Origin: an uncultured bacterium
GTDB taxonomy: Bacteria; Chloroflexota; UBA5177; JANWHV01
Reading direction: 5' to 3'
Length of the DNA stretch: 64,000 nucleotides
Assembly: GCA_963827235.1 (NCBI GenBank)
Contig: CAWHAE010000008.1
Span: 32,001-96,000 of the forward strand
The notes under the pieces are model-generated. The model worked only from the letters and a program-made list of their open reading frames with translations, was not told the DNA's origin and did no database searches. Each line of letters opens with the position of its first letter. Positions within the stretch are counted from its first letter, which is position 1. Made by a program: the position numbers and the translations under genes. Positions 41,741 through 53,554 of the stretch are shown here, piece after piece.

Positions 41741-42571
41741 TCACTCGACGGCTGAGATAAGTCGCGGGTAGGAACCGATCACCTTCAGCGTCAGCGTGCA
41801 GCGCGCCAGCGCGGACAGCGCCGCCGCCACATCCGGCTCGCTCTGGTGTCCCTCGACGTTGGCGTGGAACTTGTATTCCCATGTGCGTCCCTGGATGGGA
41901 CGCGATTCGAGGCGAATGACGTTCACTTCATGGATGGCGAAGGCAGCCATGGCGCGAAACAGCGAGCCCGGACGGTCCGGCAGCACGAACATGATGCTGG
42001 TCTTGCCGCCCGAGTGAGATGGCAATGGCTCCCTTCCGATCACGAGGAAGCGCGTGAAATTCTCCTTGTTGGTCTGGATGTTCTCGGCCAGCACTTCCAG
42101 GTCGTAGATCGAAGCGGCGCGCTTGGAAGCTATCCCTGCTACTCCGGCGAGTCGGCCTTCACGAACGAGTTTAGCGCTGCCCGCGGTGTCGTAGACAGGC
42201 ACTCGTTGCGCGCTCAGCTGTTCGAGATAGGCGCGGCACTGGGCGAGTGCCTGCGGATGGGACTGCACGGTGTGAATGTCGGCCAGGCTCTGGCCGGGCA
42301 GAGCCATCAGGCAATGCTGAACCCGCAGGTCGTACTCTCCCCGGGGGAAAACCCTGCCCTGGTACTCGACCAACAGCTCGGACGTCTCGTTGACCGTGTA
42401 TGCCGTCGTGTTCTCCACGGCAACCACCGAGAAGTCCGCGCTGCCGTCCACGACGGCGGCAAAGCAGTCGGCAAAGCTCTGCTGTGGCAGCATGGGTCGT
42501 TCGGGAAAGAGAAACGCCGCCGCTTCCTCGCTGAACGCTCCTCGCTCGCCCTGAAACGCAATGCCGCCCAT
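41741..42571 (-). CDS. pheA: Prephenate dehydratase
   Basis: FQGERGAFSEEA, SHPQALAQC, NFTRFLV, ACT domain LESRP; AGGAGG SD. Confidence 0.95.
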   Translation of the reverse strand: MGGIAFQGERGAFSEEAAAFLFPERPMLPQQSFADCFAAVVDGSADFSVVAVENTTAYTVNETSELLVEYQGRVFPRGEYDLRVQHCLMALPGQSLADIHTVQSHPQALAQCRAYLEQLSAQRVPVYDTAGSAKLVREGRLAGVAGIASKRAASIYDLEVLAENIQTNKENFTRFLVIGREPLPSHSGGKTSIMFVLPDRPGSLFRAMAAFAIHEVNVIRLESRPIQGRTWEYKFHANVEGHQSEPDVAAALSALARCTLTLKVIGSYPRLISAVE

Positions 42572-42676
42572 AGTTCCTCCTGTCATCTTCTCTCGGCAGA
42601 ACAGCCTGATCTTTACCAGTCTATCCCCAAGCCGCCATTGTCGAGTTCTCGCAGGCCCGGCATACTTGGACCTGAC

Positions 42677-45600
42677 ATGACTTCTTGCCGCGTTTTCCTC
42701 GTCGCCTTGCTTGCCGCGGTGCTCCTCTCGACCAGCGCCCTGTCCGGAGCAGTTTCGGCTTCAGCGGTCCGCGATGCGGACGCAGCCGGCACGCCGGATC
42801 TTCGGGACGGTGGGCTACGATGCCAGGTTACCCGACTCCGGCCATGTCCGGTTCGTGCGTGTGTCGCCGGGAGGCAGCCTGATGTTTGCCGGCCTCGGCG
42901 ACGGCGGCATCATGCGCAGCGCCGACGGCGGGCGTACCTGGCGCAGCCTTCGCGTTGGTGTGGCGGGTGGGCCCGGCGCGCAGTTGCTCGATCTGCAGAT
43001 CGCTCCCTCCAATCCCAACGTGGTCTGGGCGGCAGGTCTCACGGGCGTCTACCGGAGCGTAGACGGCGGTCTCTCCTGGCTCGAGGCTGACGTGCGCAGT
43101 GACGATCCAGGCCGCGCGGTGGGTTCCGTGCTGGCGGTGGATCCTCGGCACTCCGAAGCGGCCTATCTGGCCGGCTATCGCAATGGTGGCTTGTACCGCA
43201 CCGGAGACGCGGGTCTCTCCTGGCAACAGGTGCTTCCCTATCCCGTCAGCGCGGTGGCCGTGGAACCGGCTAATGGTGCGATCGTCTACGCCGTGTCGCG
43301 CACGGCCGGTTTTCAGCGCAGCGATGATCACGGGCACACGTGGTCGACTGGAGTGGCTTTGCCCGCGTACGCCGGCATCGGCGTCGAAACGGCGTCGGCG
43401 GGGCGCCTGCTGGCGGTAGACGGTCCGAGCGGCGGTCTGTTCGTCGCTCTCGACGGCGGGCGAGTAGTCAGGTCCCGCGACGGCGGTCGTAGCTGGCAGG
43501 ACATCTCGCTTGGCTTGCCGGACACGGTGCCGGGCCAGGGATACTCGGTTCCCTATGACCTGACCGTGACCGGCGGGAGCGATGGGCGGCTGTATGCGAT
43601 CGTTCCATCCGGGGCGCTGGGCGCCGCGTCCGGGGGCACGCTGTTCGTCGCCCAACCTGCTTCGGTGGCGTCCAGGTACCCGCCAGCGACCAGCACGCCG
43701 AGCGTCACGCGGACTCGCACCCCGACCGCTACGCCTACGCGTACGCGGACGGCGACTCCCAGCCGTACCCGCACTCCCACGTCCACCAGGACCCGCACCG
43801 CTACCGCGACCCGCACTGCCACGCGCACCCCGACGTCGACCAGAACGGCCACGGTCACCGCTACAAGTACCGCGAGTGCAACGGCTACCGTCACGGCCAC
43901 GGGCAGCGAAACGCCGGCACACGCGTTGTCCGTCACGGCGACTCCGTCTACCAGCCCGACCGCGACTGTCACCACTCTTCCCGGTACCACCGGGACGCCG
44001 CCGGCTCTCGTAACCTCCTCCGTGGTGCCGGCAGCCACGCCCACCACCACCGTGCTGGCAACGGCGAGCTCCATGCTTGAATCGGGTCCTGCGGTCACGA
44101 GTAGCGAGACGAGTACCGGCACGGCCGTCTCGGTGCGGCCTTCGGCCACGGCGGTGCCTGGGGGACCGGGCGCCAGTTTCTCGGCTCCCAGACCCATGAG
44201 CCGGCACTCGACGCGGTGGCGGAACGCCGTACCGGTTGAGCCGACACTACGTGCTGCCGGCTCGGCGGCGCCTCGCACCGCCGCCGAGCTGGTCGGAGCT
44301 GCCGCGGCCGTGGCGACCGCACAAACGAGCGTCGCGCTGATCGCCTGGCAGGCCATGGGCGAGCGAGTGGACGCTACCACCCTGGACCAGCGTTCGACGT
44401 CCGGTTTGCTCGTCGCAGCCGAGGCGGCAGCCGGCGTCGGCTATGCGGCCGCCATTGAGCGCCTCGGAGAGACGCCGGACTATCTGGTTCCTGCTTCCCA
44501 GCTCGGTCCCATAGCAAGAATCGGGTCGGAAGGGTTCGCCTACGGACTCGACAACGTTCCCTACCTGACCGGGATCAACTACGAAGGCCCGAGTGACCGT
44601 CCTTGGCAGATGTGGCAGGACGCTAAGTTCAACGCCACCCTGATCGCTCAGGATTTGGATGACGCGGCGGCTGCCGGCTACCGGATACTTCGGGTCTTCG
44701 TTCAGGACCCGCTGCCTGCCCAGGTCTTGAGCGGCGAGTTTGGACACCTTGACACGCTGGTCGACCTGGCCAAGCAGCGAGACCTGCGGCTGCTGATCAC
44801 GTTCAACGATTCGAGAGATCCGGACCTGTCGGAGGTCGCGCGGGTCGATAGGGCTATCGCGGCGCGCTATGCCCGCGACACCACTATCTTCGGTTACGAC
44901 CTGCAGAACGAGCCCGGCTTCCAGGACATTGCCGGCGCAATCTACCCGGAGGGCACGTCGCTGCCGCTACTGGCTCACTCGCTGATCAAGCTGTATGGAG
45001 AACACTACAAGCTCTCGCGCATTGAGGCCGATCGCAAGGCAGGCATGTGGCGGACCGGCCCTTTTGCACACATGAGCGCCGACCAGGTCTACGCGTATCT
45101 GAATGCGGCATCCATTCTCGACGACTACCTCAGCGCCGGTCCCAGCCAGGCTTCGCAGAAGCCGGGCGGGCATTGGTGGCCGTTGCTCTCGGCGGCGAAC
45201 GCGAGCCTGAAGGTGTTCATCGACACCCAGCTAGGAGCCGTGCGATCCGTCGACAAGCTGCACCTGGTGAGCGTCGGCTACAACAGCTTGTTCTGGGCAG
45301 CGTTCTCCGCGAACGATGAGCTGAGCTTTCGTTCCTTCCACATGTATCCCACAAGCCGGAGCTTCGACAGTATTCACGGAAGCCTGCGTTCGTTCGAAGA
45401 CCTGGCATCAGCCGGTCGAACGCCGATGGTACTGGAGGAGTACGGATTCTCGACCGCCTTCCAGGCCGGGGCGACAGCCTCGGTCCAGGAGACGGGAATG
45501 AGCCTCTACCTTCGCGTGCTGGGCGGAGCCGGTGACTTCAAGTGGCAGCTCAACGACGATACCGTGGGCTACAACGCGGTGGAAAACGGGTTGGGATTGT

Positions 45601-46547
45601 TCGGCGCCAAGAACACACCCAAGGCGGGATTTTACATAAATCGCGAGCTCTCCGCCTATTTCAACGGCCCGCATCAGTCCGGCGGGGTGCGCATGTGGCC
45701 CGACGGCAGCGCCGGCCTTGGTTACCTGTATTCTGCAACTGATGCGCTCGGCGTGAGCGGCGGCACCTACGGCGACGCGCGGATCGCCTATACCGCCCAC
45801 GACAAGCCAGCCAACGCGCAGCTCTGGATGGACTGGGCGCAGCCGGGCCGTCTGCGGCTGACCTCGACGAGCGAGGCCGATCTCACCGTCGACCTGGCAA
45901 AGCTGGCCGGCGCCGCCTCGGGCGCCGTGAGCCTGGCGCCCGCCCAGAGCTTCACCCAAACCGGCACGACCCTTCGAATCCACTTGCAGGCCGGGCTGTG
46001 GTACACGATTCTCTTCCCAACCGGCGGCACGGAGCTGGCATTGCCTGGCCTTCCCGCGCCGGCGAGATCCAATAGCTGGTACATCCTGGACACTGGCCAT
46101 AACGTCCCGCCGCCATTCCTCAGCCGGTGGCTGGCTCTCGGCGGCGTCTCATTGGTGGGCGCTCCGCTGGCTGAGCCATCGCCCGCCACGGGAGGGGAGG
46201 TGCAGTACTACGAATCGCTGGCTATGCAGGCTCATGGCAGCACTGCCAGCCTTCTACCCCTCGGCTTGGCCGAGATCGGCGGCAAGCCGGATCCGAAGGC
46301 CGCTGAGCTGCCCAAGAAGATCAAGCACCTTTACGTCAAGGCCACGGGCCATAACCTGCAGGGGCCGTTCTTGCAGTTCTGGCAGTCGAATGGCGGTGCC
46401 GCGGTATGGGGCCAGCCCATCACAGAGCAGCGGAAGAAGCTGGGCTATACGGTCCAGTACTTCACGAACGCGGAGTTCGTCCTCGACGGCAACAGCGTCG
46501 TCCTGGGATCGGTCGGCGCGCGTGCCTGGCTGCGACTAGCGCAATAG
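42677..46547 (+). CDS. Large secreted BNR/Asp-box propeller, T-rich stalk, clan GH-A (GH5-like) hydrolase and Chloroflexi-type surface repeats (+1 frameshift near 42770)
   Basis: SxDGGxxW repeats; YDLQNEP and LEEYG catalytic glutamates; TGHNLQGPFLQFWQSNGG..WGQPITE; signal peptide in the upstream frame. Confidence 0.85.
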
Positions 46548-46576
46548 CCCTCGAGCGATGTCCGGTGACTCGAGCC

Positions 46577-47269
46577 TCAGGGAAAGTGAAGGCGCTTGAA
46601 CTCCTCGGCGGCCGGCAGATCGTGCCGCTTCCCAGCCTCGGCGGCGCGTGTGCGAAGCCGATCGGCCGTGCCGGCCGGGTCGCGAAGCTGGCTCACATGC
46701 CGTGAGATCGCTTCGATCTTCTGCTCGAGCGTCTGCGAAATATCTACTACGTGGTCGACCTCGGCAGGACCGTAGAGCCACACCTCCGGCACGTCGTATG
46801 GTTCCAGGCCTTCGTCATAGAACAGCTCCGGATGGTAGAGATGATCCCGAGCGGCGACGAAGGCATCGGTGGAAAGGAATCCCGCGGCGCGGTGATCCGG
46901 GTGGAGCTGATAGTGCCGCCAGGGGTCGTGCGTGATCAGGATCCCGGGCCGGATCTGGCGGATGATGCGCGCCAGATTGCGGCGCAGATCCAGAGTGACG
47001 CACAGGCTGCCGTCGCTTTGATTGAAAAAGAAGATGTTGCCTACGCCGAGCACGTCGGCCGCTGCCCGCTGCTCGCGAGCCCTGGTGCGCGCCAGCTCAA
47101 TCGGGTCGGCCTGGCGATCCTTGGTGCCGCGACTGCCGTCTGTGCAGACGACATAATGCACGGCCCGCCCGCTTCGCGTGAATACTGCAATCGCACCACC
47201 GGCGCCGAATTCTGTATCGTCCGGATGCGCTCCGACCACGAGCACCGGTCCCGTCGCCGCATCGCTCAT
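46577..47269 (-). CDS. PIG-L family deacetylase
   Basis: AHPDD, TDGSRG, HPDH. Confidence 0.93.
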   Translation of the reverse strand: MSDAATGPVLVVGAHPDDTEFGAGGAIAVFTRSGRAVHYVVCTDGSRGTKDRQADPIELARTRAREQRAAADVLGVGNIFFFNQSDGSLCVTLDLRRNLARIIRQIRPGILITHDPWRHYQLHPDHRAAGFLSTDAFVAARDHLYHPELFYDEGLEPYDVPEVWLYGPAEVDHVVDISQTLEQKIEAISRHVSQLRDPAGTADRLRTRAAEAGKRHDLPAAEEFKRLHFP

Positions 47270-48300
47270 GGTCGCGGACCTCTGGTCGAGAGCACGCGAT
47301 ACAGCATGCGGTCACGGGCGCCAAGCGTGTACTTGTAGGGCTCGTCGCCCTGCAGGAAGTCAAAGATTTCAAGGCCCTCGGTCGCGCAGTCCTTCAGCAG
47401 CAACCCCACGGCCGCGATGCCCACGCTATGCGCGGCATACGCCGGGTTGTAGCCCGAATTGTACAGGTACAACCGATCCCCGTAGGCGAAGCCGAGAGCA
47501 GCGGACACCGGTACGTCTCCTACCCAGAGCACGCCCATACGCAGCGTGCCGGCGGCCAAGGTCATGTCACACAGGCCGCGGAAATAGGATTCCATCTGCT
47601 CGGTCATGAAAGCGGCCTTGCCGGCGCTGCTTAGCCGGTGAAGGGCAACGAAGGCGTCGACGGAACGCTCCAGGTCGGCTGCGCTCAGCACGCGCTTCCA
47701 CGTCGCGCCCTGGTCGTCGACGGCGCGGCGCAGTTTGCGCCTGAGCTCGTGCCGATCCTTCTTGCTCAACGAGGCAAGGTACGCTTCCCACGAGCCGTGC
47801 AGCTCGACATAGGGACACACGTCTTCGCGTTCGACTTCGATTTCTATGCACGTGCCGCCGTAGACCTCCTGCACGATGCGCCGGGTCGACGAGTCCTCGG
47901 GCAGGCAACGGAGATCGAGTCGCTCCCATTCGAGCCGGTCGCGTGCCGCGGTGAGCAACGAACGCGTCAGGCTCTCCGCGTCGTCCCGTTCTACGATGAA
48001 GTCGAGGTAATCGGCGACTTCGGTGCCGCCGACCAGGCTAAGCGTTCTCGGTCGCCCGCCTCGCGACAGCATGAGAGGTGCAACGGCGAGAAGCCTGTCG
48101 GAGGCGTCTCGAACCGCGATCAGCCGCAGCGAATAGTCGTGTCCGAAGTGCCTCCACCACAGCTGCTGCCACGCATTCAAAGCAAAGAACTGATCGGACG
48201 TGCTGGCAGGAAGGAGCCGGTCCCACTCTCGGCTGAGGCAGACGAGCGCCGCCTCGTTACGATAGATGTGGACCTCGCGCCCTTCCGTATCCAGCCACGT
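47266..48300 (-). CDS. GNAT acetyltransferase (CelD/BcsL type)
   Basis: ADYLDF, SWEAYLASLSKKDRHELRRK, YNSGYNP, FDFLQGDEPYK; start uncertain. Confidence 0.9.
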   Translation of the reverse strand, partial: TWLDTEGREVHIYRNEAALVCLSREWDRLLPASTSDQFFALNAWQQLWWRHFGHDYSLRLIAVRDASDRLLAVAPLMLSRGGRPRTLSLVGGTEVADYLDFIVERDDAESLTRSLLTAARDRLEWERLDLRCLPEDSSTRRIVQEVYGGTCIEIEVEREDVCPYVELHGSWEAYLASLSKKDRHELRRKLRRAVDDQGATWKRVLSAADLERSVDAFVALHRLSSAGKAAFMTEQMESYFRGLCDMTLAAGTLRMGVLWVGDVPVSAALGFAYGDRLYLYNSGYNPAYAAHSVGIAAVGLLLKDCATEGLEIFDFLQGDEPYKYTLGARDRMLYRVLSTRGPRP

Positions 48301-48555
48301 ACACTCGTCGCGCAGCTCGGCACAATCGATCATCGGTATTCCGTTTCCTACCCGCCCTGTTATTGCGTCGTCCACTAATGCTATACCCGACTCGGGGTCC
48401 AAGTTTCAACTCCAGCGGCGGAGTGCGACGCCCAATCGTGCTCTGCAGTATGGCAATATACTTCCGCGGACTTGACCGGCGCGAGTGCGCGCCGCCGGGC
48501 ATCGATGAGCCGACCGCCTCGCGGCGGCGCCCAAAACGGCAAACAGGTACGATAA

Positions 48556-49407
48556 ATGGCGGCGATCGTGCCAGAGGATATGGAGAGTATGATGCGGCAA
48601 AGCAGGGCCAAGCTCGGCGACCTGAGGCACCGCGAGGAGGCTCGCTTCATACTTACCGCCGGACGTTCTTCGCGCAGTCCGCAGATGGTCCACTTGCAAA
48701 GCGAGTTCTCCGTCGCCAACTACATTCGCATCGCCGATGAAGTCGCAGCCCGCTCTTGGAATCTTGCGGGTGCGCATGCAGGCGCCGCACCGCGCGTCCT
48801 CGACTGGGGAGCGGGCATCGGACAGATGTCGTACCTGCTATCGCGGCGCAACTGCCTCGTGAGCAGCTACGACATCGGGGACCGCGGTACGTGGCCGCTG
48901 GAGATCGACCCGTCTATGGCCCTGCAGCGCGACGGCCATCCAAGCAGGCTGCCCTACGAAAGCGCCGCCTTTGACGCTGTGCTGAGCTGTGGCGTGCTGG
49001 AACACGTGCCGGACGAGGAGGCCACGCTCGACGAGATCCATCGGGTGCTGCGGTCAGGCGGGATCTTCATGATCTACAACCTGCCTCAACGCCTCGGCTA
49101 CACGGAGTACATCGTGCGCGCGCTCCGCCTCGGCTACGTGCACGATAGGCGCTACAGCGGGGCCTCGGTGCGGCGGCTGCTTAGCCGCCACGGATTTGCT
49201 GTGCGTTGTCTCCGGCGAAGCAACATGCTGCCGCACAACTTCCGCGGTCTGCCGGCTCCATTTCGGGCTGCCCTGACTCGCCGTACGGCTGGCCTCGTTG
49301 ACCTGGACCTCGCGGTCTCCTCGATTCCCGTGCTTAGCCGCATAAGTGGCATGCTGGAGGTGATCGCTGAGCGGCTGGCCGGTGATTTCCACGCGCCGAG
49401 AAGGTAA
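48556..49407 (+). CDS. Class I SAM-dependent methyltransferase
   Basis: VLDWGAGIG, LPYESAAFDAV..VLEHVPD, RVLRSGG. Confidence 0.9.
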   Translation: MAAIVPEDMESMMRQSRAKLGDLRHREEARFILTAGRSSRSPQMVHLQSEFSVANYIRIADEVAARSWNLAGAHAGAAPRVLDWGAGIGQMSYLLSRRNCLVSSYDIGDRGTWPLEIDPSMALQRDGHPSRLPYESAAFDAVLSCGVLEHVPDEEATLDEIHRVLRSGGIFMIYNLPQRLGYTEYIVRALRLGYVHDRRYSGASVRRLLSRHGFAVRCLRRSNMLPHNFRGLPAPFRAALTRRTAGLVDLDLAVSSIPVLSRISGMLEVIAERLAGDFHAPRR

Positions 49408-49469
49408 TTGCGTGCTCAAGCACGGCTGTGCTAACCTCAAATTAGAGCAGTACAAGTACATACGCGCAA

Positions 49470-49580
49470 CTCTTATCCAGAGTGGCTGAGGGACCGGCCC
49501 TGTGACGCCCGACAACCCGGTGGCGAAGAGCCATGTCAGGGTGCTAATTCCGGTGGCGGTTGTTACCGCCGAAGATGAGA
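49470..49580 (+). promoter_or_regulatory. SAM-I riboswitch
   Basis: CTTATCCAGAG-TGGCTGAGGGACCGGCCC-TGTGA..CAACC..GGTGCTAATTCC..GAAGATGAG, upstream of mtnP-ahcY-metK. Confidence 0.93.
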
Positions 49581-49598
49581 CAGGCTGCGATGCGGCTT

Positions 49599-49630
49599 CC
49601 CGCCTCATCTTGTGGGGCGGGTCTTTTTGT
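49599..49630 (+). terminator. SAM-I expression-platform terminator
   Basis: cccgcctca..tggggcggg-tctttttgt; CTCATCT can pair alternatively with the P1 3' strand. Confidence 0.85.
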
Positions 49631-49839
49631 GTACAGAGCGGAAACATGGGCGAATCGGGTATTCCACCAGCGCAGGAACCGGCATCCGCGCTGGTTCGTG
49701 CTCATCGCGGAAAGTGGCATCGTGCGTGGTCCGCCTTCCCAGGGCACGCCATTCTGTGGGGCCGTGACGTGCCGGGAAGTGCAGACTGACGCAGCAATCG
49801 CAGAGCGCATGGAGGCGCGACTGCGGTCGAGGAGGACTG

Positions 49840-50703
49840 ATGAGCAAAGCACGCATAGGGGTCATTGGCGGCAGCGGGCTGTACGCCATGGACGAACTGA
49901 AGGACATCGAGCAGATCGACCTGCAGACGCCGTTCGGCAAGCCCAGCGACACGATAGTGGTCGGCACCTTGCTCGGCGAGCGGGTCGCCTTCCTGCCGCG
50001 TCACGCTCGCGGTCACCGGATCTTGCCGTCCGACATTCCGGTACGGGCGAACATCTACGCGCTCAAGCAGTTGGGCGTGGAGTGGATCGTCGCGGCGAGC
50101 GCGGTTGGCAGTCTGCGCGAGGACATCGCGCCTTCCCACATGGTCATACCCGATCAGATCATCGACCGCACGAAGAACAGGATCTCCACGTTCTTTGCAA
50201 CGGGCCTGGTCGGCCACGTTTCCTTCGCCGATCCGTTTTGCCCGACCCTCAGCGGACTGCTGGCCGAAGCCGCTGCCAGGGCAGGGGCCACGGTGCATCG
50301 CGGGGGCACGTATATCTGCATGGAGGGTCCGGCGTTCTCCACGCGGGCGGAGTCGCACCTGTATCGCTCGTGGGGCGCCAGCATCATCGGCATGACGGCC
50401 TTGCCGGAAGCCAAGCTCGCCAGGGAGGCTGAGATGCACTATGCAATGATCGCCCAGAGCACCGACTACGATTGCTGGCGAGAGTCCGAGGAGGTGGTAA
50501 CCGCTGAGCGGGTTGTCGCCACCGTAGCGCGTAACATTGCGATGGTCCGGTCGAGCCTGCTGGCTCTCATTCCCACTATACCGGCGCAGGGCGGCTGCAC
50601 GTGCGCGTCGGCACTGGCCTCCGCCATACAGACATCTCCGGAAGCAATAGCGCCCGAGGCCGCATCACAGCTCGGGATCATCTATCAGAAGTACGCCAGG
50701 TGA
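49840..50703 (+). CDS. mtnP: S-methyl-5'-thioadenosine phosphorylase
   Basis: IGGSGLY, TPFGKPSD, FLPRH, MEGPAFSTRAES, TDYDCW. Confidence 0.95.
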   Translation: MSKARIGVIGGSGLYAMDELKDIEQIDLQTPFGKPSDTIVVGTLLGERVAFLPRHARGHRILPSDIPVRANIYALKQLGVEWIVAASAVGSLREDIAPSHMVIPDQIIDRTKNRISTFFATGLVGHVSFADPFCPTLSGLLAEAAARAGATVHRGGTYICMEGPAFSTRAESHLYRSWGASIIGMTALPEAKLAREAEMHYAMIAQSTDYDCWRESEEVVTAERVVATVARNIAMVRSSLLALIPTIPAQGGCTCASALASAIQTSPEAIAPEAASQLGIIYQKYAR

Positions 50704-50735
50704 CCGGACCACGAGTGGATTGAAAGGTGGGCAGG

Positions 50736-52006
50736 ATGAGCGTTGGTACGGATATTAAGCACGACGTGAAGGACCTTGCGCTGGCTAAGCCGGGACAGGA
50801 TCGCATCGAGTGGGCGGCCACGCAGATGCCGGTGCTTGGCATGATCAGGAAGCGTTTCGAGCAAGAGCAGCCGCTCAAGGGGCTGCGCATCGGTGCGTGT
50901 CTGCACGTGACTACCGAAACCGCGAACCTTGCGATTGCCCTCAAGGCCGGCGGAGCCGAGGTGACACTTTGCGCCTCCAACCCCCTGTCGACCCAGGACG
51001 ATACCGCGGCCGCGCTGGTGAAGTACCACGGCATCAGCACGTTCGCCATAAAGGGCGAGGACTCCGAGAGCTACTACCGGCATATACACGCCACCATCGA
51101 CGCGAACCCACAGGTGACCATGGACGATGGCTGCGATCTGGTGACTACTCTTCACACGGAGAGGAAGGACAAGCTTCCAGGAGTCTTCGCAGGTACGGAG
51201 GAGACGACCACCGGCGTGATCAGACTGCGCAGCATGGCGGCTGAAGGCGTGCTGCGTTACCCCGTGATCGCGATCAATGAAGCAGATACCAAGCATTTGT
51301 TTGACAATCGCTACGGCACCGGCCAGAGCACGATGGACGCCATCATGCGCAGCACAAATCTTCTCTTGGCGGGAAGGACGGTCGTGGTGGTGGGCTACGG
51401 CTGGTGCGGGCGCGGCGTGGCCATGCGGGCGCACGGACTGGGCGCACACGTGATCGTCACCGAGGTCAATCCAACCCGGGCTCTGGAGGCCCTGATGGAC
51501 GGGCATCGGGTCAGCACGCTGGAGGAAGCCGCGAAGGTTGCCGATCTCGTGGTGACGGTGACCGGTAACTACCACGTCGTCGACCGCCACCACTTTGCCG
51601 CCTTCAAGAACGGCGCCATCCTGGCCAATTCCGGACACTTCAACGACGAGATCAATCTGGATGCCCTGGCCGAGGGAGCGACCGTGCGCACGGTTCGCCC
51701 ATTTGTGCAGGAGTACACGCTGGCGGACGGCAAGCGGCTGTACGTGCTTGCCGAGGGCCGGCTGGTCAATATCTCTGCCGCCGAAGGGCACCCGGCGGCC
51801 GTGATGGACATGAGCTTTGCCAATCAGTCGCTGACCGTCGAGTATCTGGCCAGCGGCACGGTGAAGCTTGCCCCCGGAGTGCACTATGTGCCGGAAGCGA
51901 TCGATCAACGTGTGGCGCGGACCAAGCTGCAGACGCTCGGCGTGACCATCGACACGCTGACCGACGAGCAGGTCAGTACCTGGCCTCCTGGCAATCGGGC
52001 ACCTGA
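50736..52006 (+). CDS. ahcY: Adenosylhomocysteinase (-1 frameshift near 51976)
   Basis: CLHVTTET, SNPLSTQD, EETTTG, FDNRYGTG, GYGWCGRG, GHPAAVMDMSF; the likely true C-terminus YLASWQSGT* is in the shifted frame. Confidence 0.95.
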
Positions 52007-52095
52007 GGCAGTGCGAACGAAGCCCGGCCCGCCGGTCCGGGCAAGGATCTCAGCCGGCGCGGTATCGAGACCGTGCCTGAGCATGGAGGCAGAGC

Positions 52096-53319
52096 ATGCA
52101 GGACAAGCGTAGCCTGTTCACGTCGGAATCGGTGACGGAAGGTCACCCGGACAAGATGTGCGACCAGATCTCGGATGCGGTGCTGGACGAATTGCTGCGC
52201 CAGGATCCCCGTTCGCGGGTTGCTTGCGAGACGGCGACGACCACCGGACTCGTCGTGGTGATGGGCGAGATCACGACCAACGGCTTCGTCGACATCGGCC
52301 CGCTGGTGCGCAAGGTCGTTCAGGGCATTGGCTACACGAACGCCACCTACGGCCTGGACTACGAGACGTGCGGCGTTCTCGCGTCGATCGGCGTCCAGTC
52401 CTCCGATATCGCGCAGGGCGTCAACAGCGCTCTCGAGGCTCGCGAGGGTGAAGCAGTGGATGCGGACCTGGACTCCGTCGGAGCGGGCGACCAGGGCATG
52501 ATGTTTGGCTACGCCTGTACCGAAACACCGGAGTTGATGCCGCTGCCTATCAGCCTCGCGCATGCCCTCACACGCCGGCTCGCGGCGGTACGCAAGGAAG
52601 GCAGGCTCCCCTATCTGCGCCCAGACGGCAAGTCGCAGGTTTCGATCGAGTACGTGAACGGTAAGCCGGCCCGCGTGGACACGTTGGTCATCTCGACGCA
52701 GCACGCGCCCGAGGCCAGGCTGGATCAGATCAGGCATGACGTGCTTGATCTGGTGGTGCGCCCTGTCGTGCCGGAACACATGCTCGATGCTCGGACCAGG
52801 TATTTCGTTAACCCGACCGGCCGTTTCGTCATCGGTGGGCCACTCGGCGATGCAGGCTTGACCGGCCGCAAGATTATCGTCGACACCTATGGAGGCATGG
52901 CACGCCACGGTGGCGGGGCGTTTTCGGGCAAGGACCCGACCAAGGTCGACCGGTCGGCCAGCTATGCGGCGCGCTGGGTCGCTAAGAACGTGGTCGCGGC
53001 CGGGCTGGCCGATCGGTTCGAGGTGCGCGTGGCGTACGCGATCGGCGTTGCTCACCCTGTATCGATCGGCGTGGACAGCTTTGGCACGGGCCGAGTGGAC
53101 GACTCGCTCATCGAACGGCTGATCGGCGAGCACTTCGACCTGCGACCGGCCGCGATAATGCGCGATCTCGATCTGCTTCGTCCCATCTATCAGCAGACCG
53201 CGAGCTACGGCCACTTCGGGCGGCCGGATCTCGATCTGCCGTGGGAAAGGACCGGCAAGGCGGCGGCTCTCCGTGCCGCGGCCGGACTCGGCGTGCCGGC
53301 GGCAGTGTCCGTCGGCTGA
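52096..53319 (+). CDS. metK: S-adenosylmethionine synthetase
   Basis: [41 protein letters not shown]. Confidence 0.98.
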   Translation: MQDKRSLFTSESVTEGHPDKMCDQISDAVLDELLRQDPRSRVACETATTTGLVVVMGEITTNGFVDIGPLVRKVVQGIGYTNATYGLDYETCGVLASIGVQSSDIAQGVNSALEAREGEAVDADLDSVGAGDQGMMFGYACTETPELMPLPISLAHALTRRLAAVRKEGRLPYLRPDGKSQVSIEYVNGKPARVDTLVISTQHAPEARLDQIRHDVLDLVVRPVVPEHMLDARTRYFVNPTGRFVIGGPLGDAGLTGRKIIVDTYGGMARHGGGAFSGKDPTKVDRSASYAARWVAKNVVAAGLADRFEVRVAYAIGVAHPVSIGVDSFGTGRVDDSLIERLIGEHFDLRPAAIMRDLDLLRPIYQQTASYGHFGRPDLDLPWERTGKAAALRAAAGLGVPAAVSVG

Positions 53320-53341
53320 CGATCTGCGCGCACGATGTGAG

Positions 53342-53378
53342 AAGCGAACGCGGGAGACTCCCTCCCGCGTTCGCTTTC
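53342..53378 (+). terminator. Hairpin after metK
   Basis: aagcgaacgcgggag-actcc-ctcccgcgttcgctttc. Confidence 0.75.
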
Positions 53379-53554
53379 TGCTGCCCTGTGTGCCCTCAAT
53401 CTGGCTGCGTTCGGAGTTTCGCCGGATCGGAGCCCACGCTCACAAGCGGCACGTTTGCCGCTATAGACCGGCGGTCACACGACCGCTGTTAAAGTCGGTA
53501 CTCTGTACTCTGTGAAGATTGCCGCGACGACACTCAATGCGTGACGGGGGTTCG

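Noticed and set aside
43690-43900. Tandem-repeat-like DNA (also 23000-23200 and 36300-36540)
   Set aside because: These are degenerate codon-level repeats encoding Thr/Pro linkers, not CRISPR or VNTR arrays.
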